Part shown: piece after piece, positions 10,012 through 20,671 of the stretch
How the letters are laid out: each line of letters starts with the position of its first letter
Position numbering within the stretch: position 1 is the stretch's first letter
NCBI GenBank assembly: GCA_965227295.1
Contig: OZ245742.1
Coordinates: forward strand, 3,264,001-3,328,000
Direction of reading: 5' to 3'
DNA length: 64,000 bases
DNA from: Leptonemataceae bacterium
GTDB taxonomy: Bacteria > Spirochaetota > Leptospiria > Leptospirales > Leptonemataceae
Program-made: the position numbers and the translations under genes
The notes under the pieces: generated by a model
Told to the model about the DNA's origin: nothing
Seen by the model: the letters and a program-made list of their open reading frames with translations, nothing else
The model's database searches: none

Positions 10012-10665
10012 ATGGACGCCCTGTACAAGATGTTCGATCGCATCACCGAGATGATTCCGGGGCAACTGCTGCCGGTCATTCGTTTCGGGGCCATCGGTCT
10101 GTGGGCCATCATGGCCATTGTGGTGGTGATCATTTCGTGGAGCCAGGGGACGGAGTCGGCGCCTCAGATCGGCCAGGAGTTGTCGATCGCGGAGATGAAA
10201 GAACGGCAGAAGCGCGAGGAGAATCTCAAGGATCGCGGCGAAGTGAGCATCCCCGGCCTGGATGAGATCCTGCCGGAACGCAGCGAGCGGAGTGAGACGC
10301 CGTTCCAGTACGAGTACGAAGGCGAACGCGAGCCGACCGTCATGCAAGAAGACGATGCACTTCGCGAACCCTCCGATACCCGCGAGCCCACGTACCAGGG
10401 CGACAATCCGGCGCCGCTGCAGGAAGGCGGATCCTACGTGCCCAATCGCGATGCCGGCGTCGGCGGAGTGCGCGAACGATTCGATACACAACCGGGCGAG
10501 GGCGGATTGCTCCCGCTGCCCGGCGAAGACGAGCGTGCCCGCCGCAGCGATCAACAAACGCAGACCCCGCCGACCCGGTCCGAACAGTCTCAACCCGCGC
10601 GCGAACCAACCGGTTCGCGGAACGAGCCTACAAACTCCGATGATGAACTTCCCATGCTGCAATAA
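10012..10665 (+). CDS. Hypothetical single-pass membrane protein with acidic/Pro-rich tail
   Basis: One hydrophobic helix followed by E/P/R-rich low-complexity sequence. Confidence 0.7.
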   Translation: MDALYKMFDRITEMIPGQLLPVIRFGAIGLWAIMAIVVVIISWSQGTESAPQIGQELSIAEMKERQKREENLKDRGEVSIPGLDEILPERSERSETPFQYEYEGEREPTVMQEDDALREPSDTREPTYQGDNPAPLQEGGSYVPNRDAGVGGVRERFDTQPGEGGLLPLPGEDERARRSDQQTQTPPTRSEQSQPAREPTGSRNEPTNSDDELPMLQ

Positions 10666-11365
10666 TCACACGGTCTTCGCGGCCGTGCTCTTTCTCGGGC
10701 TCACCGGCCTGGTCTTTGCCCAGAACGAGGACCTGCCCGGAGAGGCCGGCCAGGTGAACTATGAGATGGCCTTCGCCTATCTCCTCAAGGGCGATCGTGA
10801 GCAGGCCCGCGCGTTTCTCGATCAGGCTGTGGCTGCAGGCGGGACCTATGCGGACCTGGCACGCCTGGAGCTCATTCGCCTGATTGCCGTGCAAAACCAG
10901 GACGATGCGGCGAATGCCGACGTGGTCCCGCAGATTCGCACCGTGTTGCTGGCCTTCGAAGATCGTACGCTGATTCCCCGTGCCTGGTTCGCAGCCGTGC
11001 AGGCCCTGGAACAGGCGGAGCGTCGTCCCGAGGCCCTGGCCCTGGCTCTGGAACTTGCACTGCGCTATCCGCAGAGTAATGAAGCCGCTCCGGCCTTGCT
11101 TTCCGCCGCCCATTTGCATTTGCACGACGACGATACGGACGCCGCCATCGACGCCCTCTACCGAATTCTCGCGGATTATGAAACATCTACACAGGCACGG
11201 GAAGCCCTGTATCTGCTCGCGAAAATCTACAGCGTGCCCGGCCCTCACTACGATCCGGATCTCGCCTGCCTGGCCCTGCAGCACTTTCACGATCACTCCG
11301 GCGCGACTTTATGGAAGGATTCGGCCGGATACATGTTCCTGGGCTCCTGTCCTGGCCGAATATAG
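10640..11365 (+). CDS. Exported TPR protein
   Basis: Signal-like segment ending VFAQ; TPR-like helices RYPQSNEAAPALL, REALYLLAKIY. Start moved from 10262. Confidence 0.65.
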   Translation: MMNFPCCNNHTVFAAVLFLGLTGLVFAQNEDLPGEAGQVNYEMAFAYLLKGDREQARAFLDQAVAAGGTYADLARLELIRLIAVQNQDDAANADVVPQIRTVLLAFEDRTLIPRAWFAAVQALEQAERRPEALALALELALRYPQSNEAAPALLSAAHLHLHDDDTDAAIDALYRILADYETSTQAREALYLLAKIYSVPGPHYDPDLACLALQHFHDHSGATLWKDSAGYMFLGSCPGRI

Positions 11366-11443
11366 TGATTGAACATATGACCGGGTTCTGCTATCCGGTA
11401 TTGACTGCGGCGCCGGGTGCGGTGGCCGCCGAACGGGCGTTCC

Positions 11444-13048
11444 ATGAACTTCAGGCTTCTTCTCGAATACCCCGAACTCTCCAATCGCGATCCTTCGCTT
11501 GCCCATCTTCTCGTCCAGATCGAGACTCCGCCGGTTTCTGAAAGTTCCCAGCGCCAGCCCCTCGTTGTCGGTCTCGCCATCGACAAGAGCAAGTCCATGT
11601 ACGGGGAGAAGATCTCGTCGACGCTCGAAGCGGCGGCATCGCTGGTCAACTGGCTCACCCGCCACGATCATCTCGCCATCATCGCCTACGACTCCCAGGT
11701 GGAAGTCGTGCAACCCCTGATCCCCTTGACGGATAAATTCTCCGTCGTAAAGAAACTCGACAACATTCACGTAGGAACTTCGACCAACCTCAGCGGCGGC
11801 TGGCTCCAGGCCCTGCGCTCCGTGGAAGATGCGGACGTGCCCAACGCCTATCGTCGGGTCATCCTGCTGACCGACGGCATGGCGAATACCGGCGTCGTCA
11901 GCACCAGCGAACTTGTTAAGATTGCCGCGGATCACTACCAGCGCGGCATCAGCACCACCACCATCGGCTTCGGCCGCGACTTTTCCGAAAACCTGCTGCG
12001 CGAAATCGCAATCGCCGGCGGGGGGAACTTCTACTTCATCGAAGGACCGGAGCAGGCCCACGAGGTTTTCTTCAAAGAATTCGGCGACATTGCCGCGTTG
12101 TTCGGTCAGGGCCTGGAGGTTCGCATGAAGACGGCCCCGGGTGTGGCCGTGAAAGAACTGCTCAACGACGTGCCGCACACCTTTGAAGAAAGCGGCGAGC
12201 TCATTCTACGTCCCGGTGATCTGCGTTCCGACGACCTGCGCAACATCGTGCTGGTGCTGGAAGTCAACGGCGAGTTGGCCGCGGCGCATCCCGGCCCCTT
12301 TCTCACGGCCGAGCTTTCGTTCTACAACATGCTGGAAGGTTCGCGCATGGAGAAGTACGATGCGAACGTCTCCGTGGAATTCAAGCCGAAGACCTCCGAG
12401 AACTTTCACAAGCAGGTGCGCCTGGAATCTTTGCTCGCCGCTTCCGGCCGCGCCATGATCGAGGCCTCGCGCATCGCGTCGGAGAAGGATCTCTCCGCGG
12501 CCCGGGATATCCTGGCGCGGACCATCCGTCGCCTGGAACAAAACGTGGACATCGAACCGGCGACGCTCAAGCGCATGATGCGCCGGCTCGAGGACATGGA
12601 ACGCAACCTCGAAGAAAACCTGAACCTCACCCGCAAACATCTCATGGCCGGCGGCGCCGAACTATCCGGGCGTTCGTACTCTCAAGACGTACACTTTGCC
12701 GGCCAGGTCCACGACCGCATTCTCGAAATGCCGCTCACGGGCCAGCTGGATCTCTACCGCTGTCCGGACCTCAAGAGCGAGATCAAACGCCACATCGACA
12801 ACGGTTATCGTTACCTCGTCTTCGATCTCACGGACCTGGGCTACATCGATTCGTCCGGCATCGGCACGTTGATCCAGATCTCGAACTGGATGAAGAAACG
12901 CGGCGGCATCATGATCCTGGTGAACACCCAGGGCAGTGTTGAAAAGATCTTCCAGATGTCCAAGCTGGACGAGTTCTTCGTCTTCAAGGACTCGGGCACC
13001 GAAGCCCGGGCCTTCCTGGAAGAGCTGATCAAAGCGAATAAGCAGTAA
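11444..13048 (+). CDS. VWA-domain protein fused to a C-terminal STAS (anti-sigma-factor antagonist) domain
   Basis: MIDAS DKSKSM, TNLSGG, LLTDGMAN; C-terminal LTGQLDLY...DLTDLGYIDSSGIGTL. Confidence 0.85.
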   Translation: MNFRLLLEYPELSNRDPSLAHLLVQIETPPVSESSQRQPLVVGLAIDKSKSMYGEKISSTLEAAASLVNWLTRHDHLAIIAYDSQVEVVQPLIPLTDKFSVVKKLDNIHVGTSTNLSGGWLQALRSVEDADVPNAYRRVILLTDGMANTGVVSTSELVKIAADHYQRGISTTTIGFGRDFSENLLREIAIAGGGNFYFIEGPEQAHEVFFKEFGDIAALFGQGLEVRMKTAPGVAVKELLNDVPHTFEESGELILRPGDLRSDDLRNIVLVLEVNGELAAAHPGPFLTAELSFYNMLEGSRMEKYDANVSVEFKPKTSENFHKQVRLESLLAASGRAMIEASRIASEKDLSAARDILARTIRRLEQNVDIEPATLKRMMRRLEDMERNLEENLNLTRKHLMAGGAELSGRSYSQDVHFAGQVHDRILEMPLTGQLDLYRCPDLKSEIKRHIDNGYRYLVFDLTDLGYIDSSGIGTLIQISNWMKKRGGIMILVNTQGSVEKIFQMSKLDEFFVFKDSGTEARAFLEELIKANKQ

Positions 13049-13058
13049 GGCAGGGTTG

Positions 13059-13180
13059 ACTCCGAGGACCGAGGTACCGAGGGGACACGGAAATTCACTT
13101 CAATCCGCCGTTCATCGCCTGCTTGCAATCATTCGACGCAACCTCTCCCCATCTTCCCCCGGTACCTCGGCCCTCGGAGT
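13059..13180. repeat. REP/REPIN-like inverted-repeat element, copy 3
   Basis: ACTCCGAGGACCGAGGTACCGAG (13059-13081) ... CCCGGTACCTCGGCCCTCGGAGT (13158-13180); lies between convergent genes. Confidence 0.85.
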
Positions 13181-13200
13181 AAAAAACGACTACCCGTTCC

Positions 13201-14697
13201 TCACCGCATCGGCGTCGGGGATAGCTTGCCGTCCTTCCCACGGTAGCGCGCATCGAAGCTTCGTGCTTCGTCGGGCATGGACGCCCGGTGTTTCGCACGT
13301 TGCTGGTCGGCTTCTTGCTTCGCCTTCATGGAACGATGTTTGACCTGGGCCGGCGCCGCGGAACGGATGCGCAGTTGAAAGATGTCCTCGGGGATGTCCG
13401 GCATTACGTCGGTGATGTCGGCGACGTCCTCGCTGTCCTCGTTGTCTACAACCGGCGCCGGTTTGTTTAAGGCATCTTCGTACAGCGCTACGAGCTTTGC
13501 ATTGTGGCCGGCCTGGCGAATCCAGTCGTTGTTCGCGGCGATTTTCTTGAGTCGGTCGATGTCGTTCGTGTCCGGGCGGCCGCCCTTATTGATCAGCAGT
13601 TGCGCCACGGGGATGTCGGCTTCGGAGCGCCCGTACATTTCCTGAAAGGCCATACCAGGATTGCGCGGACTCACGGCGCCCTTTTCGATCATGTACTTCG
13701 CAAGATCGTGCTGCCCGTATTCGATGGCCCAGCCGAACTCGGTGAGCCCGCCACCGCAGCCCTGAGTCTGAGCATGACCGGCCTTTGCGCCGTTGTCGAT
13801 CAAGAGCTTCGCGATGTCGCGTTTGTAATAGACTACGGCTTCACGCAGCGGCGTGGTGCCGGAGTAACTGATCGCGTTCATGTCCGCCCCGGCGGCGGCC
13901 AGCGCGCGGATCACGTCCGCATGGTCGTTGACCACGGCGTAGTAGAGCGGCGTGTACTTTGAGAGTTGTTCCTGTTCGTTGACGTCCTGGCCCGCGGCGA
14001 TCAAAGCCTTGAGCTTCGATACGTTGCCGGTTTTCGCGGCATGGTGCAGCGTCTGTTTGTACGCTGCGCTCGACTTGCCTTCGATGCTCAGCGCCAGTTC
14101 CACATGCCCGCCCAGGCGCGCGTAGTCCGAGGCGGTGCACTGGATCTTGTAGTTCCCGGACACGCACCAATCGCCTTTGGTCTTCGGCTTGTTCGTGGCC
14201 CCTTTGCGCATCAGCGTGCGCACAATCTCTTCGTCGCCGTTGGAGGCGGCCATCATGAGCGGCGTGCGCCCGTGGGTCGGATCGTGGTAATCCGCCTGCG
14301 CGCCTTTCTGGATCATGCGCTTCACGACCTTGCGCATGGGATCACCATCGCTGTTAGTGTTCACACTGCGCAGGGCCCACATGAGCGGGCTGTAATGATT
14401 CTTGTTGTGCAGATTCACATTTGCCCCGCGGCCGATGAGATAATCCGCAATCTCCGGCGCGCCGCCGTAGCAGTAAGCCGCGAGTTCGAGGGGATAGGAA
14501 CCGTTCTCGCCCATGCGTTGATTCACCCCGTGGCCGGCGGCCAGGATGCGTTTCACTTTCGACAGATCTCTGTCGCAGATGGCCTCGCTGAGTTCGGCAC
14601 CGCGATCGGCGAAGAGAGCGGCCGGTATGAGCGCGGCGGCCAGTGCGGCGGAGATCGCGACAGCGGGCATTATTTTAGAGGAAAGGCGAATTAGCAT
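13201..14697 (-). CDS. Secreted ankyrin-repeat protein
   Basis: Signal peptide (alternative start 14670); multiple ankyrin motifs SPLMWA, GRTPLMMAASNG, TPLYYAV, GTTPLREAV. Confidence 0.85.
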   Translation of the reverse strand: MLIRLSSKIMPAVAISAALAAALIPAALFADRGAELSEAICDRDLSKVKRILAAGHGVNQRMGENGSYPLELAAYCYGGAPEIADYLIGRGANVNLHNKNHYSPLMWALRSVNTNSDGDPMRKVVKRMIQKGAQADYHDPTHGRTPLMMAASNGDEEIVRTLMRKGATNKPKTKGDWCVSGNYKIQCTASDYARLGGHVELALSIEGKSSAAYKQTLHHAAKTGNVSKLKALIAAGQDVNEQEQLSKYTPLYYAVVNDHADVIRALAAAGADMNAISYSGTTPLREAVVYYKRDIAKLLIDNGAKAGHAQTQGCGGGLTEFGWAIEYGQHDLAKYMIEKGAVSPRNPGMAFQEMYGRSEADIPVAQLLINKGGRPDTNDIDRLKKIAANNDWIRQAGHNAKLVALYEDALNKPAPVVDNEDSEDVADITDVMPDIPEDIFQLRIRSAAPAQVKHRSMKAKQEADQQRAKHRASMPDEARSFDARYRGKDGKLSPTPMR

Positions 14698-14765
14698 GAT
14701 GATACTCCTGATGCAAGCGTCCTGGAATAGACGAGTTGCGCGTTCGAACCGTAAACTTTTTTCTG

Positions 14766-15581
14766 TTATGTGGTGCCGGCGCCCCGGTCGTCGAGGGTCA
14801 GGGCGTAGGTCTGAGGGCGACGCAGGGCATCGCCAGGACGCATGCCCCCGAAACGCTGGAAGTCGCGAATGAAATGGGCCTGGTCGGCATAACCCGCGGC
14901 ATAGGCGATGTCCGTCAAACGGAGCCGGCCGTCATGCTGCTCGCCACGGCGCAGCAAGCGGTACGCGGAGAAGAACCGGGCAACGGAGCGCAGATCACTC
15001 GGACTGAGGCCGCAGGCGGACCGGCAGCGGCGTTCCAGGGTGCGCAGACTGCTACCACATTCGCCGGCCAGGTCCGTCAGGGAGCCGGAGTCGCCGATGC
15101 GGCTGACGAAGTAGCGCAGCAAGCGTTGGTGTTCCCATTGCGGCGACGAAGAGAGCCGGGGCAAGAGCGAGCGGAGCGCCAGGTCCGGGATCCTGCCATT
15201 GTCCCCGTGCGAATCCAGGCGCCGGATCATCCCGACCGTGGTCTTCGACAGGTTCAGGTCCGTGACGTGCACCGGTGTTCCCGCCGGCAGATCCCGCGCG
15301 TCGAGGCCGAAGAGGGCGGCCGCGGATCCCGGATACAGTTTGTAACCGTGCACTTCGCCGGCCGGTAGTTCCATTTCCTGAAATGCCCGGCGATTCCCGC
15401 CCAGCAGAGTTAACGTGCCGTCGCTATCGCTGAACAGATAGTCACAGGCATCCGGCAGGATGCGGACGCGACGCGCCTGGGAACCTCGCCAGCGAAAGCC
15501 GGCGATGGCCAGGTCCGCGACGATCGTGTCGGGGGAGAACTCTGTGAATTCGGCATCGTACACGGCCGGTACCACTGCCAC
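14766..15581 (-). CDS. AraC family transcriptional regulator
   Basis: ILPDAC N-terminal motif; SLRTLERRC...GLSP; LTDIAYAAGYADQAHFIRDFQRFGGMRP. Confidence 0.88.
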   Translation of the reverse strand: MAVVPAVYDAEFTEFSPDTIVADLAIAGFRWRGSQARRVRILPDACDYLFSDSDGTLTLLGGNRRAFQEMELPAGEVHGYKLYPGSAAALFGLDARDLPAGTPVHVTDLNLSKTTVGMIRRLDSHGDNGRIPDLALRSLLPRLSSSPQWEHQRLLRYFVSRIGDSGSLTDLAGECGSSLRTLERRCRSACGLSPSDLRSVARFFSAYRLLRRGEQHDGRLRLTDIAYAAGYADQAHFIRDFQRFGGMRPGDALRRPQTYALTLDDRGAGTT

Positions 15582-15708
15582 TCTGCATGCCTTCGATCAT
15601 CTCGCAAGGATTTCCGTTTATGCGGACGGGGAACATAAGCGCAGATTTTTTTGCGAGCGTGTCGCCCTGGTTCAATTTTATGCGGCCCAGGCGATGTAGG
15701 CTGGGCGC

Positions 15709-16662
15709 ATGAAATCCAACCGACTCTTTCGATTCTTCGCAGTCGCAGTGCCCGTATTGGTACTGCTCGCTCTCATCCTGCCTCACGCATACGCCGGTGT
15801 GGAACCGGCGCGGCTCGAAGCCGTCTACGGCGGAAGTAGTGCGCGTTTTACGGCGACGCCGACGCACGGGCGCCTCCATTACCGCGACGAAGGTCCTACC
15901 GGCGGCCAGCCGATCTTACTGCTTCATGGCACCGCATCGTCGTTGCATACCTTCGATGACGTCGCCGCGGGATTACGTGAGCGGCACCGTGTGCTCCGTT
16001 TTGATTTGCCCGGCTTCGGCCTCAGCGGTCCGTGCAAGGATTGCAGTTACAGCCCCGCCGAGGATGCCCGCGTTGTCGCGGAATTTCTTGCAGCCGTCGG
16101 CGAGGAACGTGCGGTCATTGTTGCGGGCAATTCTCTGGGAGGGCGCATCGCCTGGGAGTTCGCGCTGCAACGTCCGGAGAGTGTGCGCGGTTTGGTACTG
16201 ATCGATTCGCTGGGATACCCCTGGCCGGAAAAACCCGCGGGCATCGCCCTTGCGCGGGTGCCGTTGTTGGGGGCCGTGCAGCAATGGATTACACCGCGCT
16301 TCTTGATCCGGCAGAGCCTGCTGGAAGTCTACGGCGACGATACGAAAGTCGATGCGGCCCTGGTCGAACGCCATCATCAGTTGTTGCTTCGCCGGGGCAA
16401 TCGGCGGGCCTTTGTGGCACGCGTGAATCATGAGCTGGATGCGGAGGCCCCGCGCATTCGTCGGCTGGACGCCCTGGGTGTGCCGGTGCTGGTGCTCTGG
16501 GGCGAGGCCGACGCCTGGATTCCCGTGGCCCACGCGTCGCACTTCGCGGAGGATTTGCCCGGGGCGACCGTGATCACGTATCCGGGCATTGGTCACGTAC
16601 CGCAGGAGGAAGCGCCGCGGCGGGTAACTTCAGATGTTCAGAAGTTTGTGAGCCGTTTGTGA
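15709..16662 (+). CDS. Alpha/beta-fold hydrolase
   Basis: LLHG, DLPGFGLS, nucleophile GNSLGG, WGEAD, GHVPQEE. Confidence 0.9.
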   Translation: MKSNRLFRFFAVAVPVLVLLALILPHAYAGVEPARLEAVYGGSSARFTATPTHGRLHYRDEGPTGGQPILLLHGTASSLHTFDDVAAGLRERHRVLRFDLPGFGLSGPCKDCSYSPAEDARVVAEFLAAVGEERAVIVAGNSLGGRIAWEFALQRPESVRGLVLIDSLGYPWPEKPAGIALARVPLLGAVQQWITPRFLIRQSLLEVYGDDTKVDAALVERHHQLLLRRGNRRAFVARVNHELDAEAPRIRRLDALGVPVLVLWGEADAWIPVAHASHFAEDLPGATVITYPGIGHVPQEEAPRRVTSDVQKFVSRL

Positions 16663-16689
16663 ACAGTTGACCCCGCTGCGGCGCTTCGG

Positions 16690-17190
16690 GCGATGTACAC
16701 CACATAGTCGGAGTGGCCGTTCAGCGGACTCAGCTTCTGATTTTTTGCTCAGCGAGAATCGCTCCAGGCCGTTGGTCGCAAAACCGCCGGCGCCGAGTGT
16801 ATCGTTTTTCAGGAAACGTGCCTCGTAGATGAGCTGGTACGGCATCTGGAACGAGCGTTGTTCCCGCCCGCTGCGATCATATACGCGGATGGTCCGGCGC
16901 GGTGCCGCCGCTCGTGACGATGTAACGCCCGTTCGGCGAATACTCAAGGCCGAGGACCCAGGCGCCGTGGCGGAACTGCGGCACCAGTTCCCCGCCGGCG
17001 GCCTCGTCCGGCACGTCCACGTCGTCCCAGGGAATGTCCGGATCGATGGTCATGCGCCGGCTCTTCGGCGGGGGAACGATGCCGTGCCGTTCCTGAACCG
17101 CGCGCTGTCATGGTGCTGTTTATAGACGACCGTCCGGCTCATATGATCAATGATTTTCACGCCCTCACCGCGCGGGCTGTGCCCGGAAAT
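16690..17190 (-). pseudogene. Frameshifted remnant of a WD40-like beta-propeller gene
   Basis: Propeller-like fragments in different frames: GVKIIDHMSRTVVYK; QFRHGAWVLGLEYSPNGRYIVTSGG; RTIRVYDRSGREQRSF. Confidence 0.45.
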
Positions 17191-17284
17191 TCGAATCCTG
17201 CGCCGAAATCCGGCCGATAATCCGCACAGAACCTTTGTTGTTTTCGTCGTCTAAGTTGGATCAGGTCCACGGGGACCAGGAATC

Positions 17285-19021
17285 ATGAGATTTCTCAGGA
17301 GATATTGTACCGCCGCGGCGCTGCTCGCGGCGGCAGGCTGCGCCGTGTTGTGGCCGGCCGGCCTTGCGGCCCAGGTCTACCAGCCGCCCGGCTACGGCTC
17401 CGGGGAAAACATCGAGGGCTCCGGTTTCGGCCTTGGCACGGGCTATCAAGAAATAAACGACGATATTTATATTACGATTACCCCGCTGATCGAGTTCCCC
17501 CTGGGCAAGTTCCGCGTGGGTTTGCAGATTCCCCTGGAGGTCCTCGTCCTCGACCGCGATCCCACGGGCGAAGAGGAGCCGCCGGTCCTGCGCGCCGGGA
17601 CCTACGACGAGCTGGAAGATTATCTTAAGATCATCGCTTACGTGCGCTACGGAACGCACCTTTACTTCGATCCGGACGACGCGTTCAACTGGTCCTTCTA
17701 CTACGGCAAACTTTTCGACGGCTGGATGGGCCACAAGACGATCATCTTTCGTTATCAGAACAACTTCGATCCCGCGTTCTATCGCGCCGGTGTGATGGCG
17801 GACATCAACAACCGCTGGGGCGGTGTCGAACACTTCTCGTCGGACATCTGGCGGAAAGAAGTCGTCGGCTGGCGCGGGTACGTCCGCCCGTTCGGTATTT
17901 TCAACTCGGTTCACGACATGATCGTGTACGGCGGCGGCCTGCCCACGCGGCGCCAGGTGGCCATGTCCTTGCTGGAATCTCGCGATCCCGACACGAACCG
18001 CGGTGTGTTTTACCAGGAGAAGATTCCCGATCAAAAAAAAGAGGGCGGTCGTCTCGAACAGTACTTCTACGGGACCATCGGCGAAGATCTCGGTAAGTCC
18101 GACCTCGACTTCGAAACCGTGCGCGATCCGGTGACCGGCGAAGAGAAGGTCATCGCAAAAAAGAAAGAAGAATCCGAGAAACGCGGTACTTCGTTCTGGG
18201 AACGCTGGGCCATTGGTTCGTCGGTGGTTCGTGATCTGGATGCGCCGCTGGTGTTGGAGTACGACGGTTCGAGCAACCTCGTGATCGACCCGGAGATCGG
18301 CCAGCCGCGGGGTCTCGAGACCGAGGATCTCACCGTGGTCGGTTACGACACCGAGTTGCGCATGTCGCCGTTCGAGTTCATGGATCTTACGCCGTACGTC
18401 GACTTCAACACGTTCGAAGACATCGACGGCGCCGAGGGCCGGCACTACGGCGTCGACATGGGCTTTCGCTTTAACGTACTTAAGATTACGTTTCGTCCGG
18501 AGTACCGGGACATGGCTTCGAACTACATTCCCACGTACTTCGATCAGTACCACGCCATCGAACGCACCATCTACGATCCCGGCGGGGACGGCACCGGCTC
18601 CGGTTCCGCCACCGGGGTCACCAAGCTCGCGTACTTAAAGACGCTTCCCGTCGACGGCGATCGCGTGCGCGGTTACTTTGTGCTGTTGATCTTCGAATGG
18701 TTGCAGACCGTCGTCATCGAAGCGAACTACGCCGACTACGAGGGCCCCGAGAACTCGACGATCTTCGTGGGCGTGTATATCCCCGCCGCGATGAACTTTT
18801 TCGCGAACGCCTACTATACCAAGAAAGATTACGACGACATCCGCAAATCGTTCGTGTACGACGATCGCTCGCTGGCCGCGGCGGAGTTCGGCTACACGTT
18901 CTTCGGCGGCCTCTCCGCGAAGGTCACCTACACCCGGACCTGGGTCTACGACGACACCCAGTCCGCCTACGTCGCGCAGGATGAGGTGAGTTACGGTGTC
19001 GGGTTTAATGTGAGCTTTTGA
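17285..19021 (+). CDS. Probable outer-membrane beta-barrel protein of unknown function
   Basis: Signal peptide, alternating aromatic beta-strands, C-terminal beta-signal YGVGFNVSF. Confidence 0.7.
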   Translation: MRFLRRYCTAAALLAAAGCAVLWPAGLAAQVYQPPGYGSGENIEGSGFGLGTGYQEINDDIYITITPLIEFPLGKFRVGLQIPLEVLVLDRDPTGEEEPPVLRAGTYDELEDYLKIIAYVRYGTHLYFDPDDAFNWSFYYGKLFDGWMGHKTIIFRYQNNFDPAFYRAGVMADINNRWGGVEHFSSDIWRKEVVGWRGYVRPFGIFNSVHDMIVYGGGLPTRRQVAMSLLESRDPDTNRGVFYQEKIPDQKKEGGRLEQYFYGTIGEDLGKSDLDFETVRDPVTGEEKVIAKKKEESEKRGTSFWERWAIGSSVVRDLDAPLVLEYDGSSNLVIDPEIGQPRGLETEDLTVVGYDTELRMSPFEFMDLTPYVDFNTFEDIDGAEGRHYGVDMGFRFNVLKITFRPEYRDMASNYIPTYFDQYHAIERTIYDPGGDGTGSGSATGVTKLAYLKTLPVDGDRVRGYFVLLIFEWLQTVVIEANYADYEGPENSTIFVGVYIPAAMNFFANAYYTKKDYDDIRKSFVYDDRSLAAAEFGYTFFGGLSAKVTYTRTWVYDDTQSAYVAQDEVSYGVGFNVSF

Positions 19022-19176
19022 TCGTTTCGATCGAGCAGGCTGCTCTCCTGATCTACAGGAAGATGAGACGGGCCCGGTCCGTACCACACATCCGCTTATA
19101 TCTTCCGGCTCCACGATCTGATCGCGCGACATAAAAAACGGTACCGAATTTCCAGGCGCCCGCCGATAGTAGCATC

Positions 19177-19707
19177 ATGGAGATAAACGGCCTCAACCCC
19201 GAACTGAATGACATGCTGCTGCGCGGACAACTGTCCGGCCGCAAGATCGCCGAGCTGATTCGCCTCAAAGAGACGGTGGATCGCTTCGCCACGAAAAACT
19301 ACGTCTCTGAAGAAGAGTACCAGGTCCTCGTCGACAAGTACGGGACCGGCCCGGACATCGTCACCTGGGGCGACTACTTTCAAACCGAAACGGCCAGCGA
19401 ATATTTCGACACCGCCGACGCCGACTTCTCGACGATCATCGATACCATCCGCTTCGATCTGATCTCGGCCGTTAAGATCTTTCAGGGAAAATCCGAAGCG
19501 TTCTTCGAGGGCGTTAAGGCCAGCGGCCTGGAAGTCTACGGCATACCCCGCAACGAATGGTCGGAGGCCGAAGAAGAAAAGGCCCATCTCTACATTCTGA
19601 TCAACTACTACTATGAACTCGGGCTCGAACGCACTGAACTCAGCGCTGAAGACGAAGCCTGGTTCGAAGGATTTCTCGGCTCCGAAAAACATGCGGTCGG
19701 CCAATAG
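19177..19707 (+). CDS. Hypothetical acidic cytoplasmic protein
   Basis: 176-aa ORF with genome-typical codon usage; no motif recognised. Confidence 0.7.
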   Translation: MEINGLNPELNDMLLRGQLSGRKIAELIRLKETVDRFATKNYVSEEEYQVLVDKYGTGPDIVTWGDYFQTETASEYFDTADADFSTIIDTIRFDLISAVKIFQGKSEAFFEGVKASGLEVYGIPRNEWSEAEEEKAHLYILINYYYELGLERTELSAEDEAWFEGFLGSEKHAVGQ

Positions 19708-20671
19708 CATCAGCTTTCATTGCTTCCAGATCCACGTCGTAGCCTGCGCCGCGTCCGCCCTCCCGGTGGTCGCGGCGTTTTTTCTGTCCGTCGTGGTACT
19801 GAGCACTCCGCTTCGCGCGCAGGATGATCCGGCGCAGCAAGATGCGGCGGATGCCGCCGATCCCGCCGGCGACACCGCGTCCGATCGGGTCGTGCCCGGC
19901 GGGCCGCTGCCGCCGACCCAGGCGTCGGTCACCGCCGGCAAGTTCCGCGAAGAGTTCCAGATCGACGGCGAGAACCGATTCCGCTACGGCCGCGAACTGC
20001 ACGCCGACGGTTTTCGGGATCGCTCCGCGCAGATCCTCCGTGATTTTCTCGTACTCTTTCCCCGGCATCCCCGCCGCTTCGAGGCCCTGCGCATCCTGGC
20101 CGAGATCGAGGTGGAAAAAGACCGGCCGGTGCCGGCCATCGATTACTATCGCCGGGCCTTCCGCGAGGTCCCGGGACAGGACCGCGGTCTTGAGGCCTAT
20201 CTCCAGGCCGGCCGTCTGCTGGCCGGACTGGGGGAAACCGAGACCGCGCGTGAGGTCTTCGAAGACATCCGTCGGCGCAAACCGGACTCCCGTGTGGCCC
20301 GCCAGGCCGGAAACGAACTCCAGGCCCTGGGCCTCCGCAGATTTGACAACGCGGCCACGGACCCGGCCGGCGACGGAACGAGCGGCGGAGATGCGACGTC
20401 CACCGGCGACGACGACCGTACGGCCAGGCCGGACAGCGGTGACGCCGGGCCGGATGCTTCCGGCGTAGCCGACACCGACGGCGCGAGCACCGGTGAAGCG
20501 GGCATGCTGGACGGAGCCGGAACTGCGGAACAGACGAAGCCGGAGCCGTCCGGGAACCGGCAAAACCAGGGAGACACGACCGGCAGTCCCGGCGAAGAAG
20601 GTCCTGGTAATCGGCAGGGCAGTGAATCCTTGCTGGACCGGGTCGGCGAGGGCGTGGAAATATCTGAATAA
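19691..20671 (+). CDS. Exported TPR protein with D/G/T-rich disordered tail
   Basis: Signal-like segment ending PLRAQ; TPR motifs FLVLFPRHPRRFEAL, AYLQAGRLL...AREVFE. Start is uncertain. Confidence 0.65.
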   Translation: MRSANSISFHCFQIHVVACAASALPVVAAFFLSVVVLSTPLRAQDDPAQQDAADAADPAGDTASDRVVPGGPLPPTQASVTAGKFREEFQIDGENRFRYGRELHADGFRDRSAQILRDFLVLFPRHPRRFEALRILAEIEVEKDRPVPAIDYYRRAFREVPGQDRGLEAYLQAGRLLAGLGETETAREVFEDIRRRKPDSRVARQAGNELQALGLRRFDNAATDPAGDGTSGGDATSTGDDDRTARPDSGDAGPDASGVADTDGASTGEAGMLDGAGTAEQTKPEPSGNRQNQGDTTGSPGEEGPGNRQGSESLLDRVGEGVEISE

